From positions 1-38,532 of the IMG/VR virus record IMGVR_UViG_3300028841_000391: 38,532 nucleotides of DNA; one strand, 5' to 3'. Below the pieces are notes generated by a model. The model made no database searches. It had not been told where the DNA came from and saw only the letters and a program-made list of their open reading frames with translations. This document shows, piece by piece, positions 13,417 through 23,101 of the stretch; the stretch's first letter is position 1, and each line of letters starts with the position of its first letter. Both the position numbers and the translations under genes were made by a program. This stretch comes from a virus.

Positions 13417-14451
13417 CTAGGTATTTTGCTGGCCCGTAACAATGAAACTCACCCGATACGCAGACGAAGCGGGATCTAGGTAAACTGTACTGTTGTAAGT
13501 TGGCAGCAAAAACTGAGTGGTGCTAATTACACGATAGTTGACACCAGGGCGAATGTAAGCACCTCCAGTCCCTATGATGGAATCATCCATACCCACCGCA
13601 ATGTTGTAGTTGGTGTCAGCCATTGGTGTGAGCATCGTCACACGCAAGTGCCCCCCTGCAATATCTACAGAGCAAGAGAGCGCATTGAAAAGCGTGATAC
13701 CTCCTGTGCCATTGGTGATGATGGTTCCTTGAGCCTTCACAATGCCCTTGGCTCGCAAATCGTTTGCCAGCGCTTGGGAGGGTGGCGGATTGGCATCAGT
13801 TATGCCGGTGCCCGTACTAAGCCATTTGAACCGGTGTGGCTCACTGCGAAGTCGTTGCACACCGGCCGCACCCGCTTGCACAGCGTTGACGCCCCATACC
13901 TCTCCAGCTGGGGTTGAGACTGCCACTGCACCAGTCGCATCTGCGTAGAGCGATTTCACGCTGCGCGTACCCAGGATGATGCTGTTGTAGAAATAGCGGC
14001 TGCGGTTGGTGAGTGCCTGAAACCCTGGACGTACACTGCCGTATGCGTCCGAGATTGTATTCAACAATGGCAGCCAGTCGCTATGAACTCCTGCGGGGGA
14101 AGTACCAGGCACAAACGCAATCGCGGTTGCAAGGTTGGTTGCCGCAAGTACAGTGATGTATTTTGCAACAACGTCGTTCGCGGTGGACGTCACATTTCCA
14201 AGTCCATCTGTTGCAAGTTGGACGGTAATGTCATTCCCCGACACTGTAACATCTAAGGTTTTATTAACGCCCCCCAAATGCCGGACCCGCGCCCCTTCAA
14301 GCAAAGGCAAATAGGTTACAGTGCCAGCCAGGGCGGGTGCCGGAATTCCATACCGCCTGCTTGGGCCATCTGCCGCGCTGACGGGCTCCAGGGGATTGGG
14401 GCAAACGATGGTGGCATCAAATTGATCTTGTTCTAATAATACGGTACCCAT
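13417..14451 (-). CDS. Tail fibre / receptor-binding protein (distal)
   Basis: Last large gene of the baseplate/fibre block. Gly/Thr/Ala/Asn-rich beta-type composition. Contains the recurrent LATD module (DITVQLATDGLGNVTSTANDVVAKYI). Confidence 0.6.
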   Translation of the reverse strand: MGTVLLEQDQFDATIVCPNPLEPVSAADGPSRRYGIPAPALAGTVTYLPLLEGARVRHLGGVNKTLDVTVSGNDITVQLATDGLGNVTSTANDVVAKYITVLAATNLATAIAFVPGTSPAGVHSDWLPLLNTISDAYGSVRPGFQALTNRSRYFYNSIILGTRSVKSLYADATGAVAVSTPAGEVWGVNAVQAGAAGVQRLRSEPHRFKWLSTGTGITDANPPPSQALANDLRAKGIVKAQGTIITNGTGGITLFNALSCSVDIAGGHLRVTMLTPMADTNYNIAVGMDDSIIGTGGAYIRPGVNYRVISTTQFLLPTYNSTVYLDPASSAYRVSFIVTGQQNT

Positions 14452-14461
14452 TGACTACTCC

Positions 14462-17395
14462 CTACGGAAAAAGAAACGAACTTAGGTAATGTCCCATGAT
14501 GCTGCCGTCTGGTTGCTCCTCGTACTCGTTCCCAATGGGGACCGGCACCATCATGCCGTTCATGGAAAAGGAGACGTACCTGCAGGACATAGAGACGGGT
14601 TTGAATTTTCTGATGATGAGGCGTAACTTGGCCAAATCATCTTTGGACATGAGACCCCCGTCCCAAAACCAACCATCGTTCCAAAGTTTGCCGCTTGCGC
14701 TCGAAGGGAATGCAACCTTATCGGGCGCAAAATAGACCGGTGTTTTGGGTGTGCCCATGGTGCCAGTGGTGCCAAGCCAAACCTGGTTGTACGTAGCACC
14801 CCAGACAGAAGACAACGGTTCCGTTACGGTAATCGTGGCCCAACTGTTGCCATTGAAGCGATAGATGGTCGTCGCCGTGATCACCCAGATGTCGTTTGGT
14901 GCAAAACAGTAGAGGGCAATCAGATTGTTTGCGCCGGCACCTGTAACGGAACGCACTTGCCAATCACTGTTGTTTTTGACAAGGACGGTGTTGTTGTTGG
15001 CAACGGCGAAGATGTAGCAACTGCTGTAATCGGTTCCTGAGGAATAAAGGTCGTTGATGTCTTGAGTAGGCAACCCCGCTGCAAACGTAGTGCTGCCAGA
15101 GAACGCATCATACATACATAAGCGGCCGCCCTCACCCGCAATGACCAAGACTGCAGGCAAAAAGGTGCGCGTTGTTCCATAAAGAGCGGTCAGTTTGGGA
15201 GGCGTCACCGCCCCAGGGAATGTGATTGTGGAGTCTGACCATGAGGATCCAGTAAATTGCGAGACCGTTGCAAGATCACCGACTGCATAAACGTCATCTG
15301 ATTTTCCTGCCCACACTTTGTGATAATTTATTGTGCTATCGAGCGGGTAGTTTTGAAACGCGCTGCCATTCCATCTGACCCCAGCACCCTGGTCACCAAC
15401 AAACCAAACATTGTTTTCGTCTAAGCAAAAAATGGAGTTGATCTTTTTATTGACCGGAAGGGTTTTCACGCTCCACGAAACGCCGTCGTACAAAGCAACC
15501 TGTCCAGTTGCTACTGTTGCCCAAATGTAATCCGCACGCAGACCATGCAACTTGATGGGTCCTGTAGCGTTCAAGACAGGCATGGTTTTTGGGGTCGTTG
15601 TGCAGTCAACCCAATCTTGATAGATGAAAAGACCACTTGACGAGCAGAAGACGAAGCCATCAATGCCAATCGGGCTTCCGTAAAGCAGAAAATTGTTGCC
15701 TGAGCTATCCGGCAGAACAGGGCCATCGTACAGTTTATATGTCGACCCGTCCCAATAGACGTATTGATCATTAAACCCTAGGAAATATACGTTGTTTGCG
15801 CCGGTTCCAGTCATTTCGCCCAACTGGTATGTATTCGCAGGCAACGTCACGGCAGACCAGGTGGTTCCATTCCAGCGCCACAAACGTCCCGAGCTCGAGC
15901 CAGGGCCGCCACCCGTGATCCAAATATTGGAGATAGAAGTACCCCATATACGACTTGGGAATTCATTGGCCCCATAGCTAGGACCCGTGACGATGCTCCA
16001 CGCAGTGCCATTCCAACGTAGCAACCTGGGGCCTACGGCAGATTGGCTTACTACCCAAACATCAGTGACAGACGAACCCCATATTGAGCTTAGAGTTGAG
16101 TTCATCGGCAAGGCAGGCAGCGTTTGACTTGTCCAAGAAAACCCATCCCAAAAGAAAATGGCTGGCTTGGGTGATGCGCCCTCTTCTTTTCCGCAAACCC
16201 ACATGTTGATTGCGTTGGTTCCCCATACACCAAGGCCCGTGAAATAATTTGCCGGGTCGCTCAATGGCAAATCACTGCGGCTCCAGGTGGCACCATCCCA
16301 GCGCATTACATACCCGCCAGGACCTGTGAGTGGGTTGGACAGAGCCAGGACGATGTTTTTTTCGTCGGTGCCAAACATTTTATTGCCATTGTCATCCGCA
16401 TCCATACCCATGACAGCAACCGATTCCCAAGCCGTTCCGTTCCATCGGCGCAACACATTCTCGTTGTCCATCCGAATCCAGATGTTTGAGCGGCTTGTGG
16501 CGAAAACGCTTTCAATGTTTCCTGAGTTTGAGCCGCTGAACGGCGGTTGCGGAGAGAACTTTTTCCACGCACCAAAGGATGGCCCTACAGAGGCCGGTGG
16601 CCCAGTCACGGTGTTTGCCGGGTCGTTCCAAACAATAGGCTTGGATATGGTATGCGCGTCGTACAAATCGATGATGAAATACGTATAAAATACGTTTGGA
16701 AGAATGTATGGCGCAGAGGCTGTGGCCGTTCCCAACCCGGTCCCCTGCGCAGCAAAAAACAGGTAATCGTAGCAGCCTGCTTTTTCCAAGGCCTCCGCGA
16801 TTTCTACCGGCCGGCTGATTGGAAAAGAAGTCCCATCGGTCGCCAATTGAATCGAAACCACTCGCGCTGTGGGAATAGAGCCCACCACAACCTCCAGGCT
16901 TTGGTTGGGGCCGTTGTTGATGTGTTGGACGATGACATTCAAGTCTACTCTGCGCTTGAGATAATACATCCCTCCGTTGGCATCGAGCCCCATCACCAGT
17001 TGCAAGTTGCCACCAAAGGCAGAGGGTACTTTGTAGATGGTTACCAGGTCCGCCCACGTAATGATGCGCGTGTTTTTAAAGCCCAATCGGGCAAGTTCTT
17101 CTTGCAGCTTTAGAACAGAACCCGATGGGTTCCATATTTTTTCGAATACGCCTCGCAAGTACTCACGTTGCTGAGCAAAACTTTCGGTGCGCAGATAACA
17201 CAGATTGCGATTTTTGAAATGCAACGGCAAAATGTCGTTGTCACACTCCAGCAACATGGATTCTGCACGCAGAAGCGACGCGTACAGAGAAAGGTCGTCC
17301 GCGCTCGCAGAGAAGGCATCTTCAAACGCTCGTCCATTGGGCGTGTTGAGGTAAACCGGCAGAATGTTGTTAATGTAATCTTGATATACGCCCAT
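14462..17395 (-). CDS. Baseplate wedge/tail-fibre protein: P2 gpI-like N-terminus fused to a multi-blade beta-propeller
   Basis: The N-terminus ...ILPVYLNTPNGRAFEDAFSA...DILPLHFKNRNLCYL resembles phage tail protein I, and the gene follows the Baseplate-J gene. At least 12 repeats of the (I/V)WG.s..(N/D)(I/V)W..G..G.l.RWNG(T/S).W type, e.g. LLRWNGTAWSIV, LWRWNGTTWSAV, VMRWDGATWSRS. Confidence 0.7.
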   Translation of the reverse strand: MGVYQDYINNILPVYLNTPNGRAFEDAFSASADDLSLYASLLRAESMLLECDNDILPLHFKNRNLCYLRTESFAQQREYLRGVFEKIWNPSGSVLKLQEELARLGFKNTRIITWADLVTIYKVPSAFGGNLQLVMGLDANGGMYYLKRRVDLNVIVQHINNGPNQSLEVVVGSIPTARVVSIQLATDGTSFPISRPVEIAEALEKAGCYDYLFFAAQGTGLGTATASAPYILPNVFYTYFIIDLYDAHTISKPIVWNDPANTVTGPPASVGPSFGAWKKFSPQPPFSGSNSGNIESVFATSRSNIWIRMDNENVLRRWNGTAWESVAVMGMDADDNGNKMFGTDEKNIVLALSNPLTGPGGYVMRWDGATWSRSDLPLSDPANYFTGLGVWGTNAINMWVCGKEEGASPKPAIFFWDGFSWTSQTLPALPMNSTLSSIWGSSVTDVWVVSQSAVGPRLLRWNGTAWSIVTGPSYGANEFPSRIWGTSISNIWITGGGPGSSSGRLWRWNGTTWSAVTLPANTYQLGEMTGTGANNVYFLGFNDQYVYWDGSTYKLYDGPVLPDSSGNNFLLYGSPIGIDGFVFCSSSGLFIYQDWVDCTTTPKTMPVLNATGPIKLHGLRADYIWATVATGQVALYDGVSWSVKTLPVNKKINSIFCLDENNVWFVGDQGAGVRWNGSAFQNYPLDSTINYHKVWAGKSDDVYAVGDLATVSQFTGSSWSDSTITFPGAVTPPKLTALYGTTRTFLPAVLVIAGEGGRLCMYDAFSGSTTFAAGLPTQDINDLYSSGTDYSSCYIFAVANNNTVLVKNNSDWQVRSVTGAGANNLIALYCFAPNDIWVITATTIYRFNGNSWATITVTEPLSSVWGATYNQVWLGTTGTMGTPKTPVYFAPDKVAFPSSASGKLWNDGWFWDGGLMSKDDLAKLRLIIRKFKPVSMSCRYVSFSMNGMMVPVPIGNEYEEQPDGSIMGHYLSSFLFP

Positions 17396-17397
17396 AA

Positions 17398-18597
17398 TTA
17401 CACCAGGTTATAGATGAGACTTGTCGGGGTTGTTAAAAGACGTATGCGCTGATAAAACAATGGCTGCACAAAGTTTGAGGGGGAAGTTAACTGCACATTT
17501 CGAATCACAAGTTTGTTGCCATCCTCAATGCGCGCCGCAATTTTTTGTGGATACACGGCTTGACCAATCTTTATGAGGGTTTGGAAATCTGCCAATGAAG
17601 CCGCGACCTGCAATTTGATTTGGTCTAACGAAAGGCCTGCGGTTTTGTAGACGTTGATGGTGCCGCTAACCGGAACGTCGACAAACTCCATATTGATGAC
17701 AAACAGGGTGCGACCAATGCCGTATTTTGTAGGGTTTTCAAAATTTGCTGCGACAGCGGCCAAATCAGCCGGAGCCAATTGCCCATTGCCTCCCTCCTGC
17801 CCCACAATTACGGTCACGTGTCCAGGGAAATACCCTGTATACAAGGAGGTGGTTCGCCAGTTTTCCATGACCCGCACCTGGGTGACGGGAGAAGAAAGGT
17901 AGCCGGCGGGAATTTCCTTAGCAAAAAACACCATGGCTTCGGTGTTGCACTCTGCGCCAATGGTTGACCATTTTGCTAAGCAACGTTCTTTCAATGATTC
18001 GTCAGTCTCGCCGTCGGTGCCATACTGATTGATCCAGTCTGGAGCGATGGGGTAGATTGGATTTGAAACAGACACCCCAATCAATGAGGTTTTGAGGTCC
18101 ATCGGCGTAGTGTTTGCGATGTTGTATGAAGTTCCAGCCTCTACCGCTTGGAACAAAACATCTGCCGTACCCGCACCCGCTGCCAATGTGATTGCAGTGG
18201 CGTTGGTGTACAGTTTCTGCGCGGAAGCAGAGCCCCTTGTCCCAATGGTCAAATCGCCGATGGCAAAGCTGTAAGCTGGAGCACTGGCAGACGAAATCAA
18301 TCGAACGGTGCCTTTGGCAATTTGCGCGGGTTGGCGGTCGATGTTGAAGAATGATTTGGCGAACAGAGTCAACCCAGCGCCAGAGGCGTAATCTAAAAAC
18401 ATAGACTGGCCAATGTTGCGCACAGACTCGCGCAAATCCGCGAAGAGCTGTGCGTTGATTTGGGTCAGCGAAAGGCCCACATTCACAGTGGACAACCAAG
18501 CGGTTGTCGGAACACCATTGGCCTTGTGTTTATTCATGAGGTCGTTGAAGTATTCGCCCTGCGTGATAGGCTTTACCAAATCATCAAACGTTGCCAT
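17398..18597 (-). CDS. Baseplate J-like protein (Mu gp47 / P2 gpJ type)
   Basis: 399 aa, positioned between the gp25/W-like gene and the gpI-like gene. N-terminal pattern ...TQGEYFNDLMNKHKANGVPTTAWLSTVNVGLSLTQINAQLFADL.. is typical of the J family. Confidence 0.65.
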   Translation of the reverse strand: MATFDDLVKPITQGEYFNDLMNKHKANGVPTTAWLSTVNVGLSLTQINAQLFADLRESVRNIGQSMFLDYASGAGLTLFAKSFFNIDRQPAQIAKGTVRLISSASAPAYSFAIGDLTIGTRGSASAQKLYTNATAITLAAGAGTADVLFQAVEAGTSYNIANTTPMDLKTSLIGVSVSNPIYPIAPDWINQYGTDGETDESLKERCLAKWSTIGAECNTEAMVFFAKEIPAGYLSSPVTQVRVMENWRTTSLYTGYFPGHVTVIVGQEGGNGQLAPADLAAVAANFENPTKYGIGRTLFVINMEFVDVPVSGTINVYKTAGLSLDQIKLQVAASLADFQTLIKIGQAVYPQKIAARIEDGNKLVIRNVQLTSPSNFVQPLFYQRIRLLTTPTSLIYNLV

Positions 18598-19016
18598 TAC
18601 GAAACCCTTTCAAACGTTACTTGGTTGCTTCCTGCGGTAATTTGAAGCACCATGGGCCGCAAATCTCCCGACGGTGTCACATAGAGCATGATGTTGAGGT
18701 CTGACCGGTTGACAAACTCGACCGCGGCCTCCAAGGAGAATCGCAACTCGTTGAAAAAAATGGAGTCAAGCCGACGCTCCAACAAGTGAGCACCCTCTGG
18801 CGTAAACGCTTGCAGCAGAGAGTCTCGAATACTCATGGTGTTTTCGTCCCAAAACACACCCGTGGGCGGGTCTATCACCCCTGATGGGGTAAATATCTTC
18901 TTATAGATGTCTTGCTCAATGACAGTGTATGGGTCGGCAATCTGCGTAAACGTCAAATCGACGTCAAGCCTGCCAGCGCTGTTAAAAACAGAGTAATCAA
19001 CGCCGTAGCTAATCAC
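18597..19016 (-). CDS. Small baseplate wedge protein (gp25/W position)
   Basis: 139 aa. Translationally coupled on both sides (overlaps of 1 and 8 nt). Call based on synteny only. Confidence 0.5.
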   Translation of the reverse strand: MISYGVDYSVFNSAGRLDVDLTFTQIADPYTVIEQDIYKKIFTPSGVIDPPTGVFWDENTMSIRDSLLQAFTPEGAHLLERRLDSIFFNELRFSLEAAVEFVNRSDLNIMLYVTPSGDLRPMVLQITAGSNQVTFERVS

Positions 19017-20220
19017 TGTTCACCTCGTTTGTTACTTTCCAACGAGCCCAGCCATTGGTGATTTGGCCTTTGATGCTAAAAGTCACTGATGTTGCGGGTG
19101 CCAACATGCTGGTGCTACCAAATCCGTCGGTGTACGACCCACCAATGGTCACACCCATGCCAGCCACAGCCAGCGTGACGCTTCCGCCATTCACCTCACC
19201 ACCTTTTAAAGCCAGCAATCTGGTGGGGTTTCCCGGCTCGTATAGTTGCGCCGAATATCGTGTCGGGTCTGCATTCTCAAAAATGACCGTCACACGGTCT
19301 TTGGCATTGACAACCAGGCTGGTACCACCCACCGGTACCCGCAGCGGCACGCTGGTCAATGGAGGAAGGCGGTCGCTGTCTGGGTACACATCAAGCGAGC
19401 CGTCAGAACGTTGCAGTGCAACTTCGCATGGATAATGTGCAAAATAATCCACAAATCTCATGGTTTCTTTGATGTACGAAGCGAGGCCAGCGTGAAGTGG
19501 GTCAGTCTCTTGAGAGCTATTTTCTTCTGCAAACCACACCAAGAGTCGCAAACTGTCGTCTTCCAGTTTGTATTGACAACAAGCCACCTTGCGGCCGGAA
19601 ATGTCTAACGGCGTGACCGGAAATCTTTCGCCGGGCAAAACGCCGAAGTTTTGTACGGCAAACATGGCCGCCCCATAGGTTGGCAATGGGTTGAGGAGGT
19701 CAAAATCGAAAGAGTTGGCCTGAACCCACTTGTTTGTGCCTACAAACAAACTTCCATCTGGCAGCATTCTCCAAATGGAGCCCGCTTTGTCGCAGAGCGC
19801 GTTGATAAGTGAGTCTGCATCTCCAGCCCTCCGAATCCAGTTCGGGAGTGTCTTGGACAAAACAGATTGATCGGATGTGGAAGATAAGCTCTCACCAACA
19901 GAAGCAATGATTTCTTGCAGAGGAAGCCTGACCGAGTGCTGGTAATCGTACATTTTTGAAGGCACAGATTTCGAAAGATTTCCTTTGCCACCAACAAACA
20001 GACATGATATGCGGCCCTCGTCTATTCCAGAGCGCTCCGAAATGACATACCCGGAGAACTCCTTGCCCAGCCAACTCAATGTGCATAAGCCTTCAGGAAC
20101 CGCCTGCGCATCCGCAAAAACCAAATGTGCGCTGTAATTCCCAACCAACGGCAACAACAAATCACCATTCATAACCGTGCATTTGTCACCAGCAGGGGTT
20201 TTCAAAAAGACATCTGCCAT
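19009..20220 (-). CDS. Baseplate hub / central spike protein
   Basis: 403 aa, lying after the tape measure and the 234-aa protein. C-terminal beta-rich spike-like tail. Call based on synteny. Confidence 0.5.
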   Translation of the reverse strand: MADVFLKTPAGDKCTVMNGDLLLPLVGNYSAHLVFADAQAVPEGLCTLSWLGKEFSGYVISERSGIDEGRISCLFVGGKGNLSKSVPSKMYDYQHSVRLPLQEIIASVGESLSSTSDQSVLSKTLPNWIRRAGDADSLINALCDKAGSIWRMLPDGSLFVGTNKWVQANSFDFDLLNPLPTYGAAMFAVQNFGVLPGERFPVTPLDISGRKVACCQYKLEDDSLRLLVWFAEENSSQETDPLHAGLASYIKETMRFVDYFAHYPCEVALQRSDGSLDVYPDSDRLPPLTSVPLRVPVGGTSLVVNAKDRVTVIFENADPTRYSAQLYEPGNPTRLLALKGGEVNGGSVTLAVAGMGVTIGGSYTDGFGSTSMLAPATSVTFSIKGQITNGWARWKVTNEVNSD

Positions 20221-20222
20221 GC

Positions 20223-20927
20223 TTATTGACCCCTCGATTGACGCGCTTCTTGCGAGATGCTACGCAATTTATCTTCTGTTAACGTTGGGCCGAATTTGGT
20301 CTTTGCAGGTCCGGGCTGCGGCGGCAACTTTTGCCGGTCCGAAGTGGTCGCCTGATTGCCTCTTGGATTGTCCAAATCAATGATGGGTGCAATGGGCCCC
20401 TTACCACCCGCTCCTTTTGGATTCACCTTTTTGGTTGCGCCTAGTTTGTCTGGCGATACAGCGATGCAGCTGATTTCGTATACCAAGTGTCCACCAGGCT
20501 CAGGGAAACCAGGGTTGATTTCGCTTACCAAACAGTTGTTTATGTCGTGCTTTGCAAGGATTGGATGAAAAACCGGCAGCGCATCCCTTGCTTGTGGGTT
20601 TTTGCGCGGAATCAAAATTGGTATGAGTTTGTCAAACTCTAGCTCATCTTCCCTTGAAGTCAGGCTTACTTGAAACCCAAAGGTCGGTTGCTCCAAGCCT
20701 TTGATCAGCGAACTGCTTGCATCGTTTCCAGAAGATTTGTTGGACTCAATCCTGAGCTTCAGCGCGCCGCCGGTCAAACGAACCACGCCAGGAATGACTA
20801 CGTTCCCAATGGTTGGCTTTTCCCAAGCACGTCGGTTGGTAATCCAACTAGGCAAGCTCATCACACGTGCTGCTGCGCTGGCCTGTCCCTGGAGTCTTTG
20901 GTAATTTTCCGGCAATTGATAGGCCAT
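20223..20927 (-). CDS. Tail/baseplate assembly protein (post-tape-measure position)
   Basis: 234 aa. ATGA overlap with the tape-measure stop. Basic Pro/Gly-rich C-terminus. Confidence 0.45.
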   Translation of the reverse strand: MAYQLPENYQRLQGQASAAARVMSLPSWITNRRAWEKPTIGNVVIPGVVRLTGGALKLRIESNKSSGNDASSSLIKGLEQPTFGFQVSLTSREDELEFDKLIPILIPRKNPQARDALPVFHPILAKHDINNCLVSEINPGFPEPGGHLVYEISCIAVSPDKLGATKKVNPKGAGGKGPIAPIIDLDNPRGNQATTSDRQKLPPQPGPAKTKFGPTLTEDKLRSISQEARQSRGQ

Positions 20928-23101
20928 TACAACACCGCCGCGCTGGGGGCCCGAACGAGTCGACCAAGCCCTTGTGAAACTTTCAAGTAGATGGCATCTG
21001 CCACTTCAGTGGCACTTAAGTTTGAGCCCGGTACAATCACCTCAATTTTGTCCACCTTGATGATTGGGTTCATGGGTGAAACCTGTGGGCGCGCAGCAGG
21101 TATGCTGTACGCTGGATATTCAAGCATCTTGGATTGCGGCACAGGGACTGAGTAAGCGCTCGCCATGCTGCCCCCAAAATTCCAGCCGATGGATAAGCCG
21201 CTCTTTTCTTTTTTGCCGCCCCCGCCAAAATCGGCACCACCAGTAAGACCTTTGTTGCCTTTGTGTGCCGCTGCTGCTTTGTCTGCCGCAGCCCCCGCGG
21301 CCCTTTTCTGCGCTCTTTCGTCCGCTGCTGCTTTGGCATCGGCCGCAATGGCTTTGACTTCTTTGTCGTAGTAGGTCTCTCGCTGACTAGCGGCTTTTTC
21401 TTGAAACGCTTGCATCAAACGTTTTTGACCAGACTTCATATCAGACACACTGAAATTGAGCGCGCCCTGTATGATTGTTACCAATCCGGTCACCAAGCTG
21501 TTGATGCGGTCAAATATGTCTGTGAACGTCTCGCTTATTTCAGCTCCAAAATCCCTAATGGATGCGATGGCCAAACGAACTTTGTCTTTGATCCACCCAA
21601 AAATATCGCCGAGCACCTCAAAGGCTTTCACAAAGATTGCAGCGGCAATGCCAACAGCTGAAACGACATAACCAGCCGCTTTCATAATGGATTCTAAATT
21701 GCCCCATGATTCTGATTGGTCATCGGCATCGCTCGACACAATCCCCAGGTACTCCATGAATTTCACGGTTTTGTCGTAGAACATGGAGAACCCGCGCAGG
21801 AACGCACCAGAAAAGGCATTGAAGAGCGACTTGATTCTCAATCCAAACTCTGCTATGCTCTTAAGAACGTTTTGAAAATCCGGATCAGTGAAGACGTCGG
21901 TTATGTATTGGATGGAATCTTTGAACATGTTGACTCCCTCCATTTTGGTGGGGTCAAAGCTGCGCAAGAGGTTGGTGAACGCTTCTTCCTGGTTGGACTG
22001 AAGACCAGCCAACGAGCCGGATGCCCCGACTGCAAACTGACCAAGTTTTTCTGTGTTGAGCTGGCGTAAACTTGCACGCTGAAAAGAGTTGAAAAATGCA
22101 TCGGCAGACACTTTTTTGTCTTTCAATGCTCCGTCTACTTGTTTGTTGTTGATGCCCAACTCTTTGGCAATTTCTTCTTTGATGAGAGAAGCGTTTACCA
22201 ACCGCCCGGCTTGTCTTGTCAGTGTGCCGCCCTGAATGAACCCCTGGTTCTGGATTTTTGCGAACAAATCTCCAATACGTTGCGCTTCGCCTTCCCTGCG
22301 ATTTTGCGGTTGCATGGTGACGATGTCTGTGGCGTTGAAGAGCGCTCGGTCAAGCTTGTTTCCGCGAAGGCCAGAGGTCATCAGGCGTTGTTGCAAGTTT
22401 TGTACTTGCTCGTTGGTGAGCTCTGTTTTTTGTGCGAGCTTGCCAGCCTTGGCATACTCTATTTCAGCTTGCTTCGCATCACCCAGCAGAGTGGTGTATG
22501 TGCGGATAGAGGTTTCTTTTTGCGAGAAAGCATCTACGACGTTGTCCATAAACTCTGATGCTTTAGACAAACCGTACGCTGCGGTCAGACCAACACCAAC
22601 CAACCCTGACAAACCGGTTGTGAAAGCGCCGATTTTTGAAAGGAACCCCCCGCCCCCGCCTTTGCCCGCACCTGCTCCATTGACGTTGCCAGTCTCTGCG
22701 GTCTTGTTCAGTTTTTCTATCTTGTGAGTGGCATCAGTTACCGCCTTGCCCATTTTGGACAAGTCACCGGATACTTTTTTGGTGCTTTCAGACATCCTAT
22801 CGAGGGTCGCGGCCATCCGCTTCTCAATAAGCTTTGCAAACCTGTCCATGGAATTGGCTGCTGAGCGAGAGGCAGCGGCCAATGTATTTTGCGATTTGGC
22901 GGTTTTTTCAGAGGCGTCTCCAACCTCTTTGATTTTTTTCTTTGCCGAATCGGCCGTTTTGGTTGTCTTGTCGAAAGCACTAGCAAGACGCACAACGCTT
23001 TTGTCGAGGCTCTCCACCCGGGCATTGAGAGCTTTGACACTCTCAGACCCACTTGCGGTATCGAATTGGAGAAGCCACTTCAGTGGCGCTACATCGCTCA
23101 T
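20927..23101 (-). CDS. Tail tape measure protein
   Basis: 724 aa with a long helical Ala/Lys/Gln-rich sequence, Gly runs and hydrophobic segments. It lies directly downstream of the frameshifted chaperone pair. Confidence 0.85.
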   Translation of the reverse strand: MSDVAPLKWLLQFDTASGSESVKALNARVESLDKSVVRLASAFDKTTKTADSAKKKIKEVGDASEKTAKSQNTLAAASRSAANSMDRFAKLIEKRMAATLDRMSESTKKVSGDLSKMGKAVTDATHKIEKLNKTAETGNVNGAGAGKGGGGGFLSKIGAFTTGLSGLVGVGLTAAYGLSKASEFMDNVVDAFSQKETSIRTYTTLLGDAKQAEIEYAKAGKLAQKTELTNEQVQNLQQRLMTSGLRGNKLDRALFNATDIVTMQPQNRREGEAQRIGDLFAKIQNQGFIQGGTLTRQAGRLVNASLIKEEIAKELGINNKQVDGALKDKKVSADAFFNSFQRASLRQLNTEKLGQFAVGASGSLAGLQSNQEEAFTNLLRSFDPTKMEGVNMFKDSIQYITDVFTDPDFQNVLKSIAEFGLRIKSLFNAFSGAFLRGFSMFYDKTVKFMEYLGIVSSDADDQSESWGNLESIMKAAGYVVSAVGIAAAIFVKAFEVLGDIFGWIKDKVRLAIASIRDFGAEISETFTDIFDRINSLVTGLVTIIQGALNFSVSDMKSGQKRLMQAFQEKAASQRETYYDKEVKAIAADAKAAADERAQKRAAGAAADKAAAAHKGNKGLTGGADFGGGGKKEKSGLSIGWNFGGSMASAYSVPVPQSKMLEYPAYSIPAARPQVSPMNPIIKVDKIEVIVPGSNLSATEVADAIYLKVSQGLGRLVRAPSAAVL

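Noticed and set aside
14462-17395. Diversity-generating retroelement targeting the fibre
   Set aside because: No reverse transcriptase ORF (no YxDD-type motif) and no template-repeat copy of the fibre 3' end was seen anywhere in the genome.
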